Source: an uncultured Nitrososphaerales archaeon (GTDB lineage: Archaea; Thermoproteota; Nitrososphaeria; Nitrososphaerales; Nitrososphaeraceae). Taken from it: 23,390 nt of DNA. Shown piece by piece: positions 18,788 through 23,390 of the stretch. Position numbers and translations under genes: made by a program. The notes under the pieces are model-generated. The model searched no databases. It was not told the origin of the DNA and saw only the letters and a program-made list of their open reading frames with translations. Numbering within the stretch: the stretch's first letter is position 1; each line of letters begins with the position of its first letter. The stretch lies in contig CAVPXM010000095.1 of NCBI GenBank assembly GCA_963709405.1, forward strand, positions 1 through 23,390. Reading direction: 5' to 3'.

Positions 18788-19051
18788 ACAACGTTGCCTT
18801 CACCCAAATTTTCCACTACATCTTCTCAAAACAGTAGAGACAATAGATAGATATCCAAAACGAGCAAGCAACTTCTTACAAAAGAACTTCTTACAAAAGC
18901 ATAAGATTAGTGACTGCAGAATATGCAAGACTAATACATAACAGATTCACAATTTACTTGGTTATGTCCATGTTGTGGTAGATGGCTATCTAGGAAGTTG
19001 AGCACTAAACAACAACCATCCGTAAAAGTAGAGTTAGAAATTTCACGCTAA
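18771..19051 (+). pseudogene. Cys-rich protein (Cx3C..CxxC..CPCCG), frameshift near 18933
   Basis: MSQACKQRCLH..DCRICKT/YITDSQFTWLCPCCGRWLSRK..ISR*. Confidence 0.55.
18870..18899 (+). repeat. Perfect 15-bp tandem duplication
   Basis: AACTTCTTACAAAAG x2 (NFLQK NFLQK). Confidence 0.95.
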
Positions 19052-19672
19052 GTGATGATAAGGTAGCAATGCTCTACGTTTTCTACTAAAGAACGGTAAT
19101 ACATCAGACGATGTAGGAATAGACGACTACGAGAACAAGTTGAAGAAGTTAGCAGCAAAATTTGCTAGGGCTTCACTACAATAAATGGTCCTTACATTCT
19201 ACGAATTTTAAACAAACGGCAACCAAATATCAACACAAGCACAGACATTTAAGCCAATAACTGAACCGTTTCATACAACTACACTAGATGTACTTACTGC
19301 AATAGCAACACTTTAGAGTCAATGTCCATATCTGATAATGAAAACAGCAGATCATACCTTGTTGATTTATAACACCGACCAACCAATTTCTGTCGCTTCA
19401 GTAAAGTTAGCGACGATAGTATGGAATAATGTGTATATATGAAAAACATAAAGAGCGCTGTGAGATTATAATATATGCTCTGAGCTAGTCGCCAATGGAC
19501 GAAGGTAATATATCACCAGGTGAAAAAGACCTTTGACTTGACTTACATTTTTCTGTTTGTTTCAATTATTATTCCCTTCATCTGTCCTACGGCCACTTAA
19601 GATACTATTATGCTACAAGCAAGCTATCTAGGAGCATCAAACTTAAATAATTACTTCAAGACCTCTATTATT

Positions 19673-20047
19673 ATGCCAAGAGTTATACATTTTGAAATAG
19701 TGGCAAATGACCCCAAAAACGCAAAGGAATTCTACGAAGCAGTTTTCGGATGGGAATTCAATCAGTTGGATGGTCAGGAGTACTGGGTTATAAAAACAGG
19801 AGAAGGCAGCCAGCCAGGCATAAACGGAGGACTTACTGGAAAGGATCCGCACAGTAGTGATCCGAGTAGCAGAATGACAAATACGATTGATGTACCTTCT
19901 ATAGAAGATTTCTCTAAGAAGATTATAGCGAAAGGAGGCAAAGTTATGGCTAAAGTGCCAATTCCAAACATGGGACTTTTAGCGATATGTAAGGATAACG
20001 AAGGAATTTCGTTTGGTATTCTCCAAAAAGACCCAAATGTTAAGTAG
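19673..20047 (+). CDS. VOC/glyoxalase family protein
   Basis: MPRVIHFEI..AKEFYEAVFGW..GINGG..GGKV..DNEGISFGILQ. TATA CTTAAATA at 19642 supports ATG 19673. Confidence 0.93.
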   Translation: MPRVIHFEIVANDPKNAKEFYEAVFGWEFNQLDGQEYWVIKTGEGSQPGINGGLTGKDPHSSDPSSRMTNTIDVPSIEDFSKKIIAKGGKVMAKVPIPNMGLLAICKDNEGISFGILQKDPNVK

Positions 20048-20620
20048 GTAGATGACTCTATTTCAGCTTCGCAAGTGGCAAAACTGAGAATCATTTTGGA
20101 AATACACCAATCTACGGTGGACAACATAGAGTAAGTCATCTTGAGCCTCAAAACTTCTAATGTAACGAAAAAACCTTACTATTATTTTTGAATCAACATC
20201 ATGATACATACATAGTTTTGGCTAGTTGTACCAATGAGTATAGGAATAGCTGCAAACACAGCATATGCTACAGCCCAACAAAGTGCATTAGACTTTAGTT
20301 TGAGCTATGAACCTAATTGAGTCTGAAAAATATTAGGTTCATCTTAATTCAATTTTACTAGGTGCATGTTATAATTCTGCAAATGCTGAGGATAAAAAAA
20401 AGATACACTTGTATCGTTGACAAAGGAATGCTGTTCAATGAATCTAAATTTGCTCACTCGTGTTATAGTAGTTGATGAGCGTATTGAGTTTATAAAAGAG
20501 ATCGAAAGAGTGACCTATGTTGTCTTCATATGACGTAGATGATAAGAAACCAACTAACTCTGATATACAAAATGTAATAACATTCCTGCAAATACATAAA
20601 CCTAACTCTTACGAAGCGAA

Positions 20621-21259
20621 ATGATGCATAATTTGGCTAACAATAATCAGCAGCATCCTCATCACCTGACAAAGTTTTTCTTAATTATCTCATTATTTGT
20701 CATAGCCATATCAATTCTTGCCGTTTATTCTACTATTGTTGCATCTGAATATGGTCTAAAAAAAGATGATTTGCAGACTCAGTCTCTTACACACTTACTC
20801 AAATCTACGGATTGGTTAAATGACTACGAGGAACAGAAATTAGGAGAAATAATGCTTCAGGCTGAGATAGATAATATGAATATTACGTTGCAAGATAATA
20901 ATAACAATCTTTCAACATCAGATGTTACTCACCAGAAAGCTAACTATTATCTGCATAAATACCGGTCATATATTGATACTCTGCATGCTAACAAATCAGT
21001 TGAGGGTTCATTAGCAAATCTACAATCTAAAGTCGAAGTGGAGAACAGTGCATATGAAAAGTCTTTAGGCAATATTTCTGAAACTTCAAAGATTATAACC
21101 ACATACGAGATAGTAACTATACTGTTAATAGTGGGTGCAGGATTAGGTGGCATATCAGAAATTGCAAAGAATAAGATGATTGGATATCCAGGATTCGTTA
21201 TTGGTGGTGTAGGAGTAATAATATTGTTATTATTCTTATTTACTGGTGCAACTGTATAG
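20621..21259 (+). CDS. Membrane protein, DUF4337-like (TM - coiled coil - 2 TM)
   Basis: N-terminal TM, helical loop, and C-terminal YEIVTILLIVGAGLGGISEIAKNKMIGYPGFVIGGVG. Confidence 0.7.
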   Translation: MMHNLANNNQQHPHHLTKFFLIISLFVIAISILAVYSTIVASEYGLKKDDLQTQSLTHLLKSTDWLNDYEEQKLGEIMLQAEIDNMNITLQDNNNNLSTSDVTHQKANYYLHKYRSYIDTLHANKSVEGSLANLQSKVEVENSAYEKSLGNISETSKIITTYEIVTILLIVGAGLGGISEIAKNKMIGYPGFVIGGVGVIILLLFLFTGATV

Positions 21260-21484
21260 CTTGGGAACTATTTCAAACAGCTAATGCAGAAATCACTATT
21301 TCAGATTATGTATAGCTAACTAATGCCTTATTTTCTACAGTTTTAATGTATACATTACCTGTTGGTCCATTTTCTGAATCTTTCCGCTTTCGCTCGAATG
21401 CGGTGATACAATAACAATAGGAAAACAAGTATCTCGTCTGACACATCTGCCATTTATCTATGGAAAGCATAGTTTAACAGAGAG

Positions 21485-21738
21485 AATAAGAGCCATTAAT
21501 AAGTACAACAGATTTGTCTGTAGCAGGATATTTGATGAAGGAATGGATCTTTCCAGGTATAAAGAATATAATTGAACTTGATTTTCTTGGTGGTTCAAGG
21601 AGGCAACAGCTCCAGAGAGTTGGAAGGCTTATGCACTCTATTACAGATGGTGCACAGTATTATCTTATTATGTCACCTATTGAGTGCAAAAATATGAAAG
21701 GAGACTTTATGGATTGTACTCAAGACAATTCAAAGTAA
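21485..21738 (+). pseudogene. SF2 helicase (XPB/Rad25-like) C-terminal fragment
   Basis: DEGMD/LPGIKNIIELDFLGGSRRQQLQRVGRLMH (motifs V and VI). Confidence 0.8.
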
Positions 21739-22389
21739 ATATGGTAAAGCATAGTTGTCAACCTTATTTCATCCGATAATTCATCAGGGATTCTTTTGAC
21801 AGTTGGAAGGCATTTGACTCTACTGTAAGCCACTCCTATGCATAGCAAAATCACAAGCTATATGTCTATCTATTTTTGGGATGGGTTCTTGGATACGTAC
21901 CTTAAGTATGATAGAAAATGTGTCTTCAAACATTAGTATCCTTATAGACATGTCTTTTATCCTTCTAATGAGTGGGAACATCACATGGTCAAATAGAAGA
22001 GTACGTGCTACAGGACATGTTTGAATGGCTCACATCTCCAGCGAGAGAAGTGTATGAATTTGGACGCTAGAGTAATATTCAAGTGGGGATATAGTGTCTA
22101 GTTTTTAAGCCCAATATTTATGTTGATGTAAGTGCTGCTTATCTCTGTTCGAGTGAAGATTAAATTGTCAATTTTTAAGGTAGAGATTAATGAAGGAAAT
22201 GCTTTGTTGCACGAATCCGATATTAGTCAACTAACTTTAAAACATTGGCCTAAAAAGGAGTAATCCGCATTTGACCTATTCCTGGAGGATACATAAAAGC
22301 ATTGCAAGATGACGATCTTTCTGAATTATGCAACAAAGCAGAAGGAAATAAAAAATATGTATTAATATACTATTTAGCAGAGAGGTAGT

Positions 22390-23390
22390 TTTAGTTCGAG
22401 GCCTAACAGAAATGATACCTGCCTTTGTGGTAGCAACAAGAAATTCAAACACTGTTGTATAGAATTGCACAATGAGAGAATGAGGTGGGACGCATAGAGG
22501 ATGATTACGTGAAAAGGTTGATGAATACTGGAAAGAATCCTATCATGAAAGGTATGCAGATCAAGCCTTAGTGATTTATACTAAGGATATATTCTGTGAC
22601 ATGTCAGACGTAGTCGACAGAAGATTATTCTTTGATTGGTTTATCCATGACTATGTCATTCCCAACAAGAAAGACACTATTATTCGCCTATTTATCAAAG
22701 AATGTGAAAACGAACTTCTTGACGAGATGGAAAGAAATACTGCAATGGCTTGGTCTGAATCACAACTTAGATTCTATGAAATTCTAGAAGTAAAGCGAGG
22801 GACTGGATACGAGGTTAAGGATATATTTGGTGACGCAGGGAACAACAATCAATTCTTCGTATTTGACAAATCGTCCTCAGAAAAAGCAAACAAATATGAT
22901 ATACAATACATGAGGGTATATCCGGTCGGAAGCATAAACACGGTTACTGGTGTGGGCATACTGATGCCTCGTCGTTACCTGCCCCATATTAAGGATTATG
23001 TTTTACATAACTTCAAGTTATTCAATAAAAAGGTGGGGAATTGACTGAGAGCAAGATTATGGATGATAGTATCACTGCAAGCGAGTCCCTTGATGTTATT
23101 TATTTTGATTACTTTAAAAATGAGAGCTTGTCGATATTAAAGTATCTTATCATTTAAGCTAAATCCTGCTACTGTGACTACTTCCCAAGGAGACATGATG
23201 GTATGGCCAGAAGCAGATACATTATCAAAAACAAGAGAAGGTTATTCTCCCTTTTAAACTCTTCAAGACAATTCGTGAGGTTGGAGAATGAAGGCAAGCA
23301 CAGTATACGATATGACTGGGTGGAGAAAATGAACAAAAAGGATCTAATTGGAACGATGACTCATTCAACAGGACTAGATGAACACCTATC
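22390..23390 (+). pseudogene. SEC-C motif protein, multiply frameshifted; runs off the window end
   Basis: RPNRNDTCLCGSNKKFKHCC, followed by FFDWFIHDY and FYEILEVKRGTGYEVKDIFG, a typical SEC-C-associated domain. Confidence 0.8.

Noticed and set aside
21740-22380. Short frames in the intergenic stretch, including 22276-22470
   Set aside because: No recognisable motifs. 22276-22470 is antisense to the SEC-C motif.

Overview
This AT-rich archaeal window has the gene families and promoter style (TATA about 25-33 nt upstream of leaderless starts) typical of soil ammonia-oxidising Nitrososphaeraceae; the taxonomy is inferred. It is an accessory region made mostly of frameshifted or truncated genes: a type II P-type ATPase, a DUF318-like permease, a 5'-truncated histidine kinase, two family-B DNA polymerase C-terminal remnants, an LLM oxidoreductase, IS6 and IS5 remnants, a sugar-binding protein, MFS plus SDR, MarR, an XPB-like helicase and a SEC-C protein. 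Apparently intact genes include a VOC/glyoxalase, a DUF4337-like membrane protein and several small ORFs. The main signal the ORF track misses is about 11 Cys/His zinc-finger-type microprotein ORFs between 12.97 and 19.05 kb. They include a translationally coupled virus-like + strand operon, a - strand Zn-finger/C2H2/RHH cluster, and a cryptic ~416-aa Zn-ribbon protein with a TumE/DUF7718-like motif. A duplicated promoter plus 47-aa membrane His/Cys microprotein cassette also flanks the kinase. No tRNA, rRNA, CRISPR array, integrase or capsid gene was seen. Family assignments come from motif recognition by eye, not from database searches.
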